Shown: positions 25,577-36,215 of the stretch, piece by piece
Numbering within the stretch: the stretch's first letter is position 1
Layout of the letters: each line of letters starts with the position of its first letter
Assembly (NCBI GenBank): GCA_030372945.1
Contig: JAUCQD010000187.1
Location: 1-57,936 of the forward strand
From: Methanothrix sp.
GTDB lineage: Archaea; Halobacteriota; Methanosarcinia; Methanotrichales; Methanotrichaceae
Direction: 5' to 3'
DNA length: 57,936 bases
The notes under the pieces: generated by a model
Seen by the model: only the letters and a program-made list of their open reading frames with translations
What the model was told of the DNA's origin: nothing
The model's database searches: none
Program-made: the position numbers and the translations under genes

Positions 25577-27499
25577 ATGGCTGAACATCCAATCGAGTGG
25601 TGGACGTCAAAACTAAGCAGACTTAAACGAGTCAGTGATGGCTGGATGGCCGAATGTCCAGCTCACAAAGACTTGAAACAGTCTCTTCATCTCACTGTCG
25701 ACGATTCGGGAGGGGTTGTTGTCTATTGTTTTGCAGGTTGCGAATATGAAGAAATTTTATCCGCAATCGAGAAGAGGGATCTTGAAGTCGAACCTCCTCC
25801 GTCGATTGTTCGAGTTTCCCAGCTCCCTTCTCTAAAAGGATCCGAGTGGTGGTCAACATATACTGGAATCCCTTGGTCGGAGTGGTCTGAGTGGGGTGTA
25901 AAAGAGGAGGCGAATGCAATCCTCTTTACATGGCAGGATAGTCGAACTGTTAAGAGACGGGCTGTAGGGAAGAAAGAGTTTATTTGGAGTCCTCAGGGGT
26001 ATCCCACTCCTCCTTTATGGCCGACGATCCCTCCTTCCCTCCCGAAACGAATCTGGTTATGCGAAGGGGAGAGTGATAGTGGGATTCTTCGTCATTTAGG
26101 GTACCCTGCGTATGGGATAACCAAGGGGGCAGGAGTTCGTGGGATTCATGAGATTCTCGTTCATTTGAAAGATCGGGGTGTCTGCGAAGTTGTCCTCCCG
26201 TTTGATGCCGATCAAGCAGGAGAGAAGGGATCCCAATGGTTCTCTATTTCTTGTCGAGAAGCGGGACTCCTCCCGATCCCGATTGATCTTCAGAGAACTC
26301 TTAACCCCCTTCAAGGAGAGAAAGATCTTCGAGATTTGTGGCTTCGTCTTCAAGACATCACGAAGATGAAAAAGCTTCTCGATTTCTTGGTTGAGTCTGC
26401 AGCCTCGAAAGAAAGATCTCGAACGAGTGCTCGAGTATCCCTCGACGAGTTCTTACGGATGCCAATCGATCCTGCTCTCTGGCTCGTAGATAGAGTCTGG
26501 TTGAATCAAACGATTGGCCTTCTTGTAGGGTTCCCGAAAATGGGTAAGTCTTGGTTGTCTTTGGATCTTGCTGTGTCTATTGCTTCGAATACGCCCTTCT
26601 TAGGGAAGTTCGCTGTGAAGAATCCTGGGCCTGTGGTTCTGATTACGAAAGAAGATCCTGATCATCTCCTGCAAGATCGTCTTCAGAAGATTCTTCTCTC
26701 GAAGGGACTGGGAGGAGAAGTGATAGTCAATGAGGGATCGAAGCAGATGCAGATTTCTCTACCTAAGAACACGCAAACAATCCCCCTATACATCGACTTG
26801 ACAAGAGAGTTTCTCTTCAAGCCAGAAGGGGTAACGAACCTTCTAATCTGGTTGAGGGAGATTCGAGATCGACATGGGTACATCTCCCTGGTAGTCTTCG
26901 ATCCTATCCTTCGTATGCTCGAAGGGATAGATGAGTTCAAGGCTTCTGAAGTCAACACAGCCGTCTTCTCTGCTGCATCTCGAATTCAGAGGGAGATAGG
27001 CTCTGCTGTCTGCCTAGTGCATCACAAAGGGAAGGGAGGAGCTGAGGGGAAGGGATCGTATGGCTCTATTGCCTTTCATGCCTTCTCCGAGAACACTCTC
27101 TATCTTCAAGGTGAGGAACCCGATGCAGATGGTTGGGTAAATGTGAGGGGTGAGTTCAAATCCTCTGGAGAGAGTTCCTGGTCATATCGATTCCCCGAAC
27201 TCGAGAAAGCGTATCAAGTTGAGGTTCAGCTCGATACAGCCCCATCCCTGGGAACCCCTCAAGGGATCGGGAAGATGGTTCTTCAGAAGCTCCAGGACAT
27301 CTTCCCTGACGGTCTGACAATTCCCGAGATACTCCAGATCCAAGATGGGATCACAGACTACATGCTTCGAGCGGCTCTTCATCAACTCGAAGCTCAGGGA
27401 CTCCTCAGATCAGAGAAAGATCTTCAAGCGCCCTCGAAAGGAGGGCCAAAGAAGAATCGATGGTACTGGGTACCCCAAACAGAAAAAGCTCGTGCTTAG
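25577..27499 (+). CDS. Primase-helicase (zinc finger + Toprim + AAA_25/RepA-like)
   Basis: CPAH.D...CFAGC, CEGESD, DAD, GFPKMGKS, VFDP, LVHH. Confidence 0.9.
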   Translation: MAEHPIEWWTSKLSRLKRVSDGWMAECPAHKDLKQSLHLTVDDSGGVVVYCFAGCEYEEILSAIEKRDLEVEPPPSIVRVSQLPSLKGSEWWSTYTGIPWSEWSEWGVKEEANAILFTWQDSRTVKRRAVGKKEFIWSPQGYPTPPLWPTIPPSLPKRIWLCEGESDSGILRHLGYPAYGITKGAGVRGIHEILVHLKDRGVCEVVLPFDADQAGEKGSQWFSISCREAGLLPIPIDLQRTLNPLQGEKDLRDLWLRLQDITKMKKLLDFLVESAASKERSRTSARVSLDEFLRMPIDPALWLVDRVWLNQTIGLLVGFPKMGKSWLSLDLAVSIASNTPFLGKFAVKNPGPVVLITKEDPDHLLQDRLQKILLSKGLGGEVIVNEGSKQMQISLPKNTQTIPLYIDLTREFLFKPEGVTNLLIWLREIRDRHGYISLVVFDPILRMLEGIDEFKASEVNTAVFSAASRIQREIGSAVCLVHHKGKGGAEGKGSYGSIAFHAFSENTLYLQGEEPDADGWVNVRGEFKSSGESSWSYRFPELEKAYQVEVQLDTAPSLGTPQGIGKMVLQKLQDIFPDGLTIPEILQIQDGITDYMLRAALHQLEAQGLLRSEKDLQAPSKGGPKKNRWYWVPQTEKARA

Positions 27500-27510
27500 C
27501 ACGAGCTTTT
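27484..27510. terminator. Bidirectional terminator at the arm convergence
   Basis: aaaagctcgtgc-tta-gcacgagctttt. Confidence 0.85.
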
Positions 27511-27545
27511 CCTATTGCTACCCCCGGGACTCTATAATCAGAGTC

Positions 27546-28721
27546 TCATACCCGACCAGGGAGAGTAGCCAAGTAGAGGTTCAGAGAGGGAGTTGGGGTC
27601 GAGAGATAGACATCGGCCCCAGTAATCTTTCGATGATATTCCACTCCCTGATACACAGCAGTAATCTTATCCCCCACGAAGAAGTCCTTCCCATACGTAC
27701 AAGTAGGGAGCTGTAGAGGGTCGAACTTGAAGACGACTTCTGGAATCTTGTCTGCGAGCTTCCCTCCTCCCGCAGACTCTAGACCATCTGTAGAGGATTC
27801 ATTTCTCGCATCCATCTGCGACTCACAAGTGTTCCAGGGGGAGTCATCCTGCAGGGGAGTATCCTCTACAATTACGAGTTCTCGATCATACCCAACTCCC
27901 TGTCCGGAAGTGTAGATGAGATTGACTTCCTCCTGACGATCGAAGGTATACTTCGGTCGGGTCATATTCCCTCTCTCGAGGGAGAAGATCAGAGGGAGAT
28001 TCCCTGCGCCATTCAGACCTGTAGAAGGATTGAGGCCAATTGTTGTTCGATCTGTCCCCCTCTGCCCATTATAAGTTCGAAATTCGAACTCCGCAGGACC
28101 CGTCCCGACAATATCGAAGTCGACCTCAGTTGCAGCTGCTACCTCCTGACAGACGGAGAGAACATTCTTGTAGGCTCGTGATCCCGTCCAGAGGGATCCC
28201 GTAGCACCATCCGTAGCGATCGAAAGTCCCGGGAAGGTCCCAGCTCGAAATCTCCCCTCAGCAACGAGAGCATCCTCCCCGAGATTCTGACGAACGATAT
28301 CCTTCAGAATCGTCTCCCCATGTCCCGAGAAAGATGTTCGGGGGTGACCTGAGAAGTAGGCAATGATACGTCTCCTGAGAAGATCCGCATACCCTGGTCC
28401 CGAGAGGGTAATTTTCGTTCGACCAGATTCTGTAACCTCCGAAACTGCTGAACGAATGAACCCTTCGAATTCTAGGGAGTTGTAGATCCCATACTCAGGG
28501 AAGTTTTGACAGACTTCGACTTGATAGTCGACCTGAATCGAGGAGAAGAGAGTACGTAGTCTCTCGTCCTCGATGGGATCGATACTCCCAGAATCGAGGA
28601 CCATATAGAAGCTCCCCGGATCGTTCGTTCGTGGATAGAGGGTTAGTTCACTCCAATGATCGAGATGACAGATTGGGACGCCGGCATGATTCTTGATACG
28701 AATGAAGACAGAGCTCGACAT
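27546..28721 (-). CDS. Gp37-like siphovirus baseplate/minor tail protein
   Basis: LLRRRII, GQG.G..R and YGKDF.VGD motifs; downstream of Dit. Confidence 0.75.
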   Translation of the reverse strand: MSSSVFIRIKNHAGVPICHLDHWSELTLYPRTNDPGSFYMVLDSGSIDPIEDERLRTLFSSIQVDYQVEVCQNFPEYGIYNSLEFEGFIRSAVSEVTESGRTKITLSGPGYADLLRRRIIAYFSGHPRTSFSGHGETILKDIVRQNLGEDALVAEGRFRAGTFPGLSIATDGATGSLWTGSRAYKNVLSVCQEVAAATEVDFDIVGTGPAEFEFRTYNGQRGTDRTTIGLNPSTGLNGAGNLPLIFSLERGNMTRPKYTFDRQEEVNLIYTSGQGVGYDRELVIVEDTPLQDDSPWNTCESQMDARNESSTDGLESAGGGKLADKIPEVVFKFDPLQLPTCTYGKDFFVGDKITAVYQGVEYHRKITGADVYLSTPTPSLNLYLATLPGRV

Positions 28722-28727
28722 GAAACC

Positions 28728-29948
28728 TCAAGCAATCTTAATCGCCCAGAAGTAGTCCATCGTGAAGTTCAGATTGACAGTTGTGTTATGTTTCACTGTC
28801 GGTCGGATCGTCTGACCCTCGGAGAGAGTTCGAACCATCAGGACATCCAGATGAAAGATAGAGTTCTCATCATGATTGGCAGCACATTGACCGTAGTAAG
28901 ATACTCCACTGTCGATATTGATGTAGATCTCCCGAGCACGATCTGCAGTCGCATGAGCAGCCCAATACCCACTACCCCCAAGAAGATAGAGACCTGCTAG
29001 ACCTTCGGGGATCGTCAGATAGGGATTTGTCCCATCGTGAAAGCCCCCATTATCGAAGTGTTCTGAGGAGTAAGTTGTCAGATCCGTCAACGCTCCCGAT
29101 GCGATTGATTGTGCAGAAAATCGGATAACAGCCCCCAGGGCATTCTGCCACAGGGGGATAGCTCCCGAGCTTTTCAGGGAGAAGCCTTGAGTCCCGATTG
29201 CGAGTTCACTCAACACTCCCGCAGCGGATCGAAAGGCTAGAGAGCCATCGGCTGTATAGGGATAGAGAGCTGTAGCGAGTTTCGTATAGTCGATACATCC
29301 CGCGAGGATCTTGATAGCTGTAACCGAGTCTGATGCCAGCTTATTCGCGGAGACAGAACTATCGAGAATCTTCGTCTCGGTTACTGCTCCTGCAGCGAGC
29401 TTCCCAGCAGTAACTGCATTATCAAGAATCTTCGACGTCGAGACAGCATCATCTTGAAGTTGAGAAGCAGTAACCTTCATCGGGATCGAAATGTGTACAG
29501 CTGTGGCTGTAATCGTGATTACCCCAGCAGAGGTAATTGAGATCTCAGCGAGAGACACTTCCCAAAGAGTCCCGTCTGTTTGGGTTACGTCGGGATAGTC
29601 TGCTGAACTCGGACCCAACAAAGCAAGACGAACAGTCTGAGCTGCGAAGTCTTTCCTCAGAACGAGGGTGTAGTAATTCGTTCCCGACCCTGGGGCAGCT
29701 ACATTGAAGTCGACGACAGCAGTATTCTCGTAGAGTTTTCCATCCACGAGAGCTCGACCAGTATCAACTCGAATAACTGTTCCACCAGGGTTCGTGACTG
29801 CGAGCTCATTGAGAGAGCCCGTGATGACAGATTGGGTCGTTCGATCCGACTGCATCAAGGATGAGATGAAATCCGAGAAGGTATCGTCACTATAGGGACC
29901 ACAGTCCCCGGTAACCTCCCCTCCCCAAAAGTAAGAAATTTGAGCCAT
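28728..29948 (-). CDS. Minor tail / fibre protein
   Basis: Repeated AVTxxKI(L)D decamers; position in the tail module. Confidence 0.7.
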   Translation of the reverse strand: MAQISYFWGGEVTGDCGPYSDDTFSDFISSLMQSDRTTQSVITGSLNELAVTNPGGTVIRVDTGRALVDGKLYENTAVVDFNVAAPGSGTNYYTLVLRKDFAAQTVRLALLGPSSADYPDVTQTDGTLWEVSLAEISITSAGVITITATAVHISIPMKVTASQLQDDAVSTSKILDNAVTAGKLAAGAVTETKILDSSVSANKLASDSVTAIKILAGCIDYTKLATALYPYTADGSLAFRSAAGVLSELAIGTQGFSLKSSGAIPLWQNALGAVIRFSAQSIASGALTDLTTYSSEHFDNGGFHDGTNPYLTIPEGLAGLYLLGGSGYWAAHATADRAREIYINIDSGVSYYGQCAANHDENSIFHLDVLMVRTLSEGQTIRPTVKHNTTVNLNFTMDYFWAIKIA

Positions 29949-29958
29949 AGAGTCCTCC

Positions 29959-30867
29959 TCAGATACCTAAGTATCTCGGATAGAAAGATAGAGAGACCTT
30001 CGAAGCAGGCGAGACACCCGTCCCAGCGAGTTCGAACTCATTCAGACCCCCCGGGACTTCATCCTCGGGGGCTATATGAAAGATCGTGAGATTACTGTCA
30101 CTAGTTACCGTCCCAGAGAGGTCGGTATCGTCTTGATTCTTGACAGTCTTTCGACCATACTCGAGGGAGATCGTCAGAACCTCTCCAGCAGCGATATCGT
30201 AGTCCAGCCCAATCTTCTCGTTCGTAGAGAGATTCGTGATCGAGAAATTTTCGTAGGGGCCAGTAACAGTAATCGTAGGGAAGGTTCGCCAAGTCCCTGT
30301 ATAGGTCAGAGACTTCTTCCTCGAGAAAGCCGACCCTCCCAGAGTCATCGGGAACGAGAAGGGGAGAACCCAGTCTGTCAATACGGAAGAGTCAACAAGA
30401 TTTTCCCAGAGAAGACCACGAGAGATGGGATCGTACCATGTTGGGTCAGGGCAGGTCAGACGAACAGTATACTTCATCGTCTGGGATCGATCTGTCAGGA
30501 AGTTGATATCAAAGTTCAACCCATCACTGTAGTAGGCTTGGATATCCCTCTCGATATCATTGAAGAGATATCTCAAGGTAATTGCTGTGTTGCTCGGTCT
30601 GAAGATCTTCATCAAATCGTCTCGATTCTGATAGTGTTCTGCTCGAGTATGAGCTTTAGCTGTGAAGACAAGATCGATCGTTCTCGACTGAAGACGAAAA
30701 TCCAGAAGGGTTGTCCCGTGTTGATATGGGCCAGATTCCTCGGATCTCCTGATAGGGGGAAGACCAAACCCATTTTCTGCTAGGAGGGAGAATCGAGACT
30801 TACCCCCAAAGGGATAGTCTCGACCTCCCGAAGAGATAATCAGATAGTCTGGAATCATTCTAGACAC
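29959..30867 (-). CDS. Distal tail (Dit-like) protein
   Basis: Follows the tape measure gene; CPDPTWY, YTG....P.ITVTGP and G.N motifs. Confidence 0.8.
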   Translation of the reverse strand: MSRMIPDYLIISSGGRDYPFGGKSRFSLLAENGFGLPPIRRSEESGPYQHGTTLLDFRLQSRTIDLVFTAKAHTRAEHYQNRDDLMKIFRPSNTAITLRYLFNDIERDIQAYYSDGLNFDINFLTDRSQTMKYTVRLTCPDPTWYDPISRGLLWENLVDSSVLTDWVLPFSFPMTLGGSAFSRKKSLTYTGTWRTFPTITVTGPYENFSITNLSTNEKIGLDYDIAAGEVLTISLEYGRKTVKNQDDTDLSGTVTSDSNLTIFHIAPEDEVPGGLNEFELAGTGVSPASKVSLSFYPRYLGI

Positions 30868-33800
30868 TCCCCATCAGTTGAAGGAGACGAATATCATCGG
30901 ATACCCGACGTTCGGATTGATAAGGGTAGGTAGCGTTAACGACATATGAATTCGAAGTCGAGTAGTTCGAGATCGAAGGGATCGGGAGAGCGGGGCTCGA
31001 AAGCTGCTGACTCGCTACGAGAGTTCTCGTTAGTGCAGCTGTAACCGAGACCTCAGGGAGATGGGCTAGATTCTCTACCCCTTTCTGAACAGATTTCATA
31101 ATCCCCTCCCCCATATCCAAGAATGGTTTCGAGGGAGAATGCATTTGAAGAGCATCCTTCGCAGCTTGAACGGCATTCGCGAGAGTAGATGAGATCGTCG
31201 AGATCAGAGTTGAAGCCATGTTCTTGATACCATCTATCACACTCTGAATCAAGTCCTTCCCAAACTGTAAGAACTTCCCTACGAACTTCAGGGCCTCAGT
31301 GAGGGCATTCGTTAGACCAGTTGTGATGGAAGTAACGATATCCTTCATCATGTCGGGGATGATAGAGTGACCTACGAGTTTATCCGCGAGGGTCGTGAAG
31401 AACTGAATCACTCCACCAATGAAGCCCCCAATCAGTCCCAGGATAGACCCGATGGAGATCTGAACGATCCCTACAATCTGATTCCAAGTTCCCTGTATGA
31501 TCTTCCAGATCCCTTCCCAATGCTTTGAGAAGGACTCGTTGAAGAGACGAGCTGCAGTATTCCAGTCACCCTGGATTACAGCCCAGATGCCCTGGAAGAA
31601 CTTCCCGAACCCTTCGATGATCAACTTGATACCTTCGAAGGTCTGAGACCATCCCGTAGCGAGAGTCGCTAGTCCCTGAATCACGAACGTGATCGCTGTG
31701 ATTATCCCTCGAACGAAGCCTGTAATTACTCCAATGACAGTCAGAAGAGCCCCTACGAGAACTCCGAGGAGAACAGTTCCGATCACTTTCAGAACAGGGA
31801 GAAGATAGGCCTGGAACATCTCGATGAGAGGCTGGAGAGCCACAGCTAACTGATCCCAGGCAACTCTGAGTTGATCAAAAGCAGGTTGTAGAACAGCTAC
31901 GATGACATCCCAGAGGGCTAGAACTTTGTCTCTGAACCCAGCAAAGTTCGTTGCAAAGGCAACTCCGAGGAGAGTAATTGCCGTGACGATCCCGAAGATC
32001 GCTAGAGCAATCCACCCGAAGATCGGAAGGAGAGATAGAAGAGGAGCGAAGGTTTGACTCAAGATTGCCCCAGCAGCAGCAATCCCTCCCGCCCCGACGA
32101 TCGATTCTACAACTTGAGCTATCGCAGGGGCTAGAGTTAGAAGAGTCCCGATGATCGTTCCTACAGTCTGGAGAACCCCCGAGAGAACGAGAACTGCAGC
32201 AGCGACCTTGAGAATCGTCTCCCAATTCGTATTCAGCCAATCGAAGAACCCCCCGATAGCAGGGAGACCCACATTCAGGAACCAATCACTGAACTTCCCC
32301 AGGGCAGGGAGAGCTGTATTCAAGATCCAGTCGGCGATATTCCGAATCGTGTCCTGGATCTTGGGACCATTGTCGATCATCGACTGAGTCAAGTTGATGA
32401 AGAATCCTCCCAAACCAGTCTGACCCGAAGTAGGGGTCTTCGTAGCCTGGGTATAGAGATTCGTGAAGATATCCAGAATACCTTGACCATTCTGATCCCA
32501 GAAGATCTTCAGATTCCCTAAGGCTGTTTCGATATCATGAAGAAAAGCTATCACGACTTTCGGGACATGTAGTGTTTCGAGAGCCCCAAAGAAGTCCCCT
32601 GTAATCGTCTGACCGAGAGCTTTGAAGAGGGCTCCCACAACCTTGACAGTAATCCCTACGACTGTCTGGAAGGTCTGGAAAGCCTTCAGACCTGCTTCCC
32701 CGAAGACACTCTGAATGAGACCTTCGAGAACCCTCCCACCTGGAGCAAGACTCTCGAGAGCTTTTCCCATCTCTTCGATGCCTTGGGTATTCCCTGCGAG
32801 TTTGTACTCAGAGAGTTTCTTCAGGGAGGAGGAGTACTGTTCTAGCCAAGAGATCAGACGCTCAGCAACAGGAGGGATCTGAAAGTTTTCTGTTAACTTG
32901 GCCCCGAGCTCCTCGAGGATTTTCGAGGATCGGATGTCTTGCAGGACAGTAACAAATCGACCACCGAAGGCTGTAATCTTCTCGATTACACCCTGGAGGA
33001 GCTTCGGGATTGTTAGAATGAAGGCATCTGCGAAGGTTGACTTCAGGCCTTCGAGAGACAGGGACATTCTCTTAGCAGCTCCACCAAAGACCTTATCACT
33101 GTACTCACCAAAAGCCTTCGTAAAGTCAGCCCAGGTAATCTTCCCTTCTGCGAGGAGCTTATTGAATTCCTCGTAGGACTTGATTGAGAATCCCATCGTC
33201 TTTGCTGTATAGATGAGAATGTCATTCAAATCGACACCAGCCAAGGCCAGCTGACGAACATCGAGAGCTGTAACCTTGTTCTGGGATCGAACTTGAGCAA
33301 GATTGTACCCGATACGTTCGAGCTGTTCATTTGTAGAACCGAGGCCTGCTCCCATCGTTAGAACAGAGCGAGTAAAGACTTCTGCTTCGGCTGCAGGGAA
33401 CTTGAAGGCCATTGCTTGACGGAAAGTCTCCACAACTTTCTCGAAGGAGTAGGGAGACTCGATGGCAAGAGTAGCCAGCTTGTCCATCAAGGCATCGGTC
33501 ATCTTGATAGCTTGAGGCATTACGTCGGAGACAGAAACAACACTCTCAGCAAGATTCCCATTTGACTGTTCGAGTACCAGTTGTCGGGCGATTAGACCCG
33601 AGATACCAATCTCGTACATCTGCATATCGGCTGTGGCTTGGATAGCCGAAGTGCCAATCTCTGCAAAGCTATCTACGATCTTGTAGGCGATGCGGCTGAC
33701 AAGGATACCCCCAGCGATCGTCAGGACACGATCGATCTGAGTCCCAAAGAAGGAGAGAACCTTCCCTACAGGGAAGAGAGCCGAACCGACGGAGCCTACA

Positions 33801-33904
33801 GACCCCGCCATCTTTCCAATCGTCGAAGTGAACTTATTCGCGTTCGACTGAAAGGTCGACATCCCATCTATGACAGCTGTAACACCTACTGTCCCTAAGG
33901 CCAT
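30860..33904 (-). CDS. Tape measure protein
   Basis: 1014 aa; amphipathic repeats; HSPSK and GHSIIPDM motifs. Confidence 0.9.
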   Translation of the reverse strand: MALGTVGVTAVIDGMSTFQSNANKFTSTIGKMAGSVGSVGSALFPVGKVLSFFGTQIDRVLTIAGGILVSRIAYKIVDSFAEIGTSAIQATADMQMYEIGISGLIARQLVLEQSNGNLAESVVSVSDVMPQAIKMTDALMDKLATLAIESPYSFEKVVETFRQAMAFKFPAAEAEVFTRSVLTMGAGLGSTNEQLERIGYNLAQVRSQNKVTALDVRQLALAGVDLNDILIYTAKTMGFSIKSYEEFNKLLAEGKITWADFTKAFGEYSDKVFGGAAKRMSLSLEGLKSTFADAFILTIPKLLQGVIEKITAFGGRFVTVLQDIRSSKILEELGAKLTENFQIPPVAERLISWLEQYSSSLKKLSEYKLAGNTQGIEEMGKALESLAPGGRVLEGLIQSVFGEAGLKAFQTFQTVVGITVKVVGALFKALGQTITGDFFGALETLHVPKVVIAFLHDIETALGNLKIFWDQNGQGILDIFTNLYTQATKTPTSGQTGLGGFFINLTQSMIDNGPKIQDTIRNIADWILNTALPALGKFSDWFLNVGLPAIGGFFDWLNTNWETILKVAAAVLVLSGVLQTVGTIIGTLLTLAPAIAQVVESIVGAGGIAAAGAILSQTFAPLLSLLPIFGWIALAIFGIVTAITLLGVAFATNFAGFRDKVLALWDVIVAVLQPAFDQLRVAWDQLAVALQPLIEMFQAYLLPVLKVIGTVLLGVLVGALLTVIGVITGFVRGIITAITFVIQGLATLATGWSQTFEGIKLIIEGFGKFFQGIWAVIQGDWNTAARLFNESFSKHWEGIWKIIQGTWNQIVGIVQISIGSILGLIGGFIGGVIQFFTTLADKLVGHSIIPDMMKDIVTSITTGLTNALTEALKFVGKFLQFGKDLIQSVIDGIKNMASTLISTISSTLANAVQAAKDALQMHSPSKPFLDMGEGIMKSVQKGVENLAHLPEVSVTAALTRTLVASQQLSSPALPIPSISNYSTSNSYVVNATYPYQSERRVSDDIRLLQLMGSV

Positions 33905-34200
33905 TATCGAGATCTCCGTTTCATCTGATCTACCGCTGCAGAATTCTCATGGAGTTTCTGCATATGACGTAGACGATAGTGAGCAACCTCTAGAGCCTTC
34001 TCTTCAGAAGACAGAGAGGCCCATTCATGAAGATTGTAGTGAGCTTCGATTCGAACGTAGTGTTCCTCAAAACTCGGGACGAGCCCTGGGATGAGCCTCT
34101 CGTATTGAATCCCTACGGCGAAGGTATTCCCAGGGTTCGTTTCCAGGATGGGTTGACCATCAAGGGTTACGTTGAAAGTTCTTGACAGCTTCGGTAACAT
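33904..34200 (-). CDS. Tail assembly chaperone C-terminal extension (probable frameshift product)
   Basis: Overlaps the chaperone 3' end in the +1 frame; directly upstream of the tape measure gene. Confidence 0.6.
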   Translation of the reverse strand: MLPKLSRTFNVTLDGQPILETNPGNTFAVGIQYERLIPGLVPSFEEHYVRIEAHYNLHEWASLSSEEKALEVAHYRLRHMQKLHENSAAVDQMKRRSR

Positions 34201-34687
34201 CCTCTTCGGATACCCCCGACAGCCGTCCTACAGCTCCAATGATCTTTTCGATGTCACTCCCTAAAGGAGCGGCAGTGTATTTCACCCAGAGGAGATATCT
34301 CTCAATAGGATCATCCGATCCCATCTTGAGAACCCTCATCTTCGAGAGCCAGATAGGATCGTCGGGAGAGGGGAAACCTTTCGGGATCTGGGCGACAGTC
34401 GTCCCGAGAAGGATGAAAGCATTGTTGATTTCTACAGCTACCATCATATCCCAGGCCCGACGGGCTTCGAGATACTCAGGGTCCTGAGGGTTAGGCTCAT
34501 CCCGACCCTTCGAAGCAATGTGGACAATCGGGACTGCAGGCTTGGATGGGTTCACCCTTGCCATGACGTCCGTCATGAACATCGCTGGGACAGTCTGAGC
34601 TTTCAGAACAACTCCTGTGGAGAGAGTAATCAGACTGTCTGGATTCTCTCCAGTATGAACGCGAGATACAGTAGGGTTGCGAGCCAT
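34160..34687 (-). CDS. Tail assembly chaperone
   Basis: Between the tail tube and tape measure genes; AGGAGG RBS. Confidence 0.7.
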   Translation of the reverse strand: MARNPTVSRVHTGENPDSLITLSTGVVLKAQTVPAMFMTDVMARVNPSKPAVPIVHIASKGRDEPNPQDPEYLEARRAWDMMVAVEINNAFILLGTTVAQIPKGFPSPDDPIWLSKMRVLKMGSDDPIERYLLWVKYTAAPLGSDIEKIIGAVGRLSGVSEEDVTEAVKNFQRNP

Positions 34688-34709
34688 TGTGTTCCTCCTA
34701 AGATGAATA

Positions 34710-36206
34710 CTACGCGGCCTTCACTACAAATCCGGCCGAAGCGTCATCGGCCAAACCAGCACCGTAGACGATATTGTGGATCCCAGTCCCCACAGCAAGG
34801 GCGTTGATACGATCATTCGCTGGGATTTCAGGGGCTCCCTCAGCTTCAGGGAGGACGTACCAAGAATTCCCACCATTGACAGTACGAAGGATAACACCCT
34901 TCGGGCCCGCAATCGTTCCCGTCAGATAGCCTTCGACCTCATCAACGAACTTGATATCATACAGAGCTGTGAGGGTAACCGGGAGGGAGACTTCCGTCCA
35001 GGTCACACCCTGATCGTCTGTCAGATACATCTTGCCGGATGAGGTTCCCACGAACCAAGTTGTCTCGGAGAACATCGAGACGGAGATCAGATCGACGAGA
35101 GTTGGGGCTGTAGCAAGGGCCCAGTCGTCACCATTCGTTGTATAGACAACTGCTCCACCGGCACCAACAGCCACGACATGTTCATCGTCGTAGGCATGAA
35201 TAGCAGCCAGATCTTGAACAGTCGCGATACCAGCATCCTGAACCGTTACGCCCGAGGCAAGGTTCGTGAGACTATAGATGTAGCCTCCCTTGCCGCAGAT
35301 GAAGATGTGACGAGAATCCGGGGCCGTGATCGCCTTGGGAGTCTTTGAAGAGACGAACCCGGTTGTAACTTGAGCCCAGGTTTCAGTGTTCGTCAAGATA
35401 TCAGCGATCTTGGCATACAGGTATCCATTCTGGGAAGAAGAGATCACCACGAGATACGATCCCATCCCGGCGAGGCCTTCAACCAGATCGGAGTTGGCCA
35501 GGGCGTCGATGTTGATCTGAATGAACGTACCACCATCAGTCGAACAGAGAACTGAGGGCAGAGCCCCACCACTCGAGGCATTCGCTTTCATCAGAGCAAA
35601 GACACGATCCGCTCCATCCGAGGCTGCTTCCCCACAATCTCCACAAGACTTGGTATCAATAACTTCGATATCCAAGATCTCGCGAACAGCTTGGGTTGTG
35701 GCTTTCTCGAAGAAGAGGAGCTGAGAGAGTTCATAGACTTCTCGAGCAGAGAGCTCGAGGGTCTCGTTGACTGGATTCTGATCATCACGAGTCAACGCAC
35801 CAGCATTCTCGTCTGCCCAGCTTGAAATCCGACCATCGGGATAGACACGAATCTTATCCCAGCCGGCATCGAAATCCTGAGGGTGACGACAGCGACCGAT
35901 GTGGACCTGAACGTCAACACGACATCCCTTGTTAGCCAGACGGAGCATCTCACTGACATCCTGAGGGTAGTAACCCTTCAGGGAGGTCGTGGGACGTTCC
36001 GGAGCTCCCTGAATGGAGTCGATCTGAACGAACTTCCCGTATTGATTGGGATCCGGACCATAGACAGGAGTCGTGTCCGAGAATCCCAGGGTGGTCTCAC
36101 CAACCCTCATCTGTCCCTGGTAGACGGGAATCCGAGTAGGGTGGGAGCCTCCCTCGATTGTCCAAACTCGAGTTTGACCCGATTGAACAGGTGTTTGATT
36201 ACCCAT
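34710..36206 (-). CDS. Putative major tail protein with C-terminal BNR/YCF48-like repeats
   Basis: Position; S/T-x-D/N-GG-x-W repeats (STDGG, TTNGDDW, TDDQGVTW, TVNGGNSW). Confidence 0.6.
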   Translation of the reverse strand: MGNQTPVQSGQTRVWTIEGGSHPTRIPVYQGQMRVGETTLGFSDTTPVYGPDPNQYGKFVQIDSIQGAPERPTTSLKGYYPQDVSEMLRLANKGCRVDVQVHIGRCRHPQDFDAGWDKIRVYPDGRISSWADENAGALTRDDQNPVNETLELSAREVYELSQLLFFEKATTQAVREILDIEVIDTKSCGDCGEAASDGADRVFALMKANASSGGALPSVLCSTDGGTFIQINIDALANSDLVEGLAGMGSYLVVISSSQNGYLYAKIADILTNTETWAQVTTGFVSSKTPKAITAPDSRHIFICGKGGYIYSLTNLASGVTVQDAGIATVQDLAAIHAYDDEHVVAVGAGGAVVYTTNGDDWALATAPTLVDLISVSMFSETTWFVGTSSGKMYLTDDQGVTWTEVSLPVTLTALYDIKFVDEVEGYLTGTIAGPKGVILRTVNGGNSWYVLPEAEGAPEIPANDRINALAVGTGIHNIVYGAGLADDASAGFVVKAA

Positions 36207-36215
36207 GAGAACCTC

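Noticed and set aside
27515-27540. Antisense promoter (TATAAT near 27533)
   Set aside because: No -35 box at proper spacing (TTGCTA is only 12 bp away)
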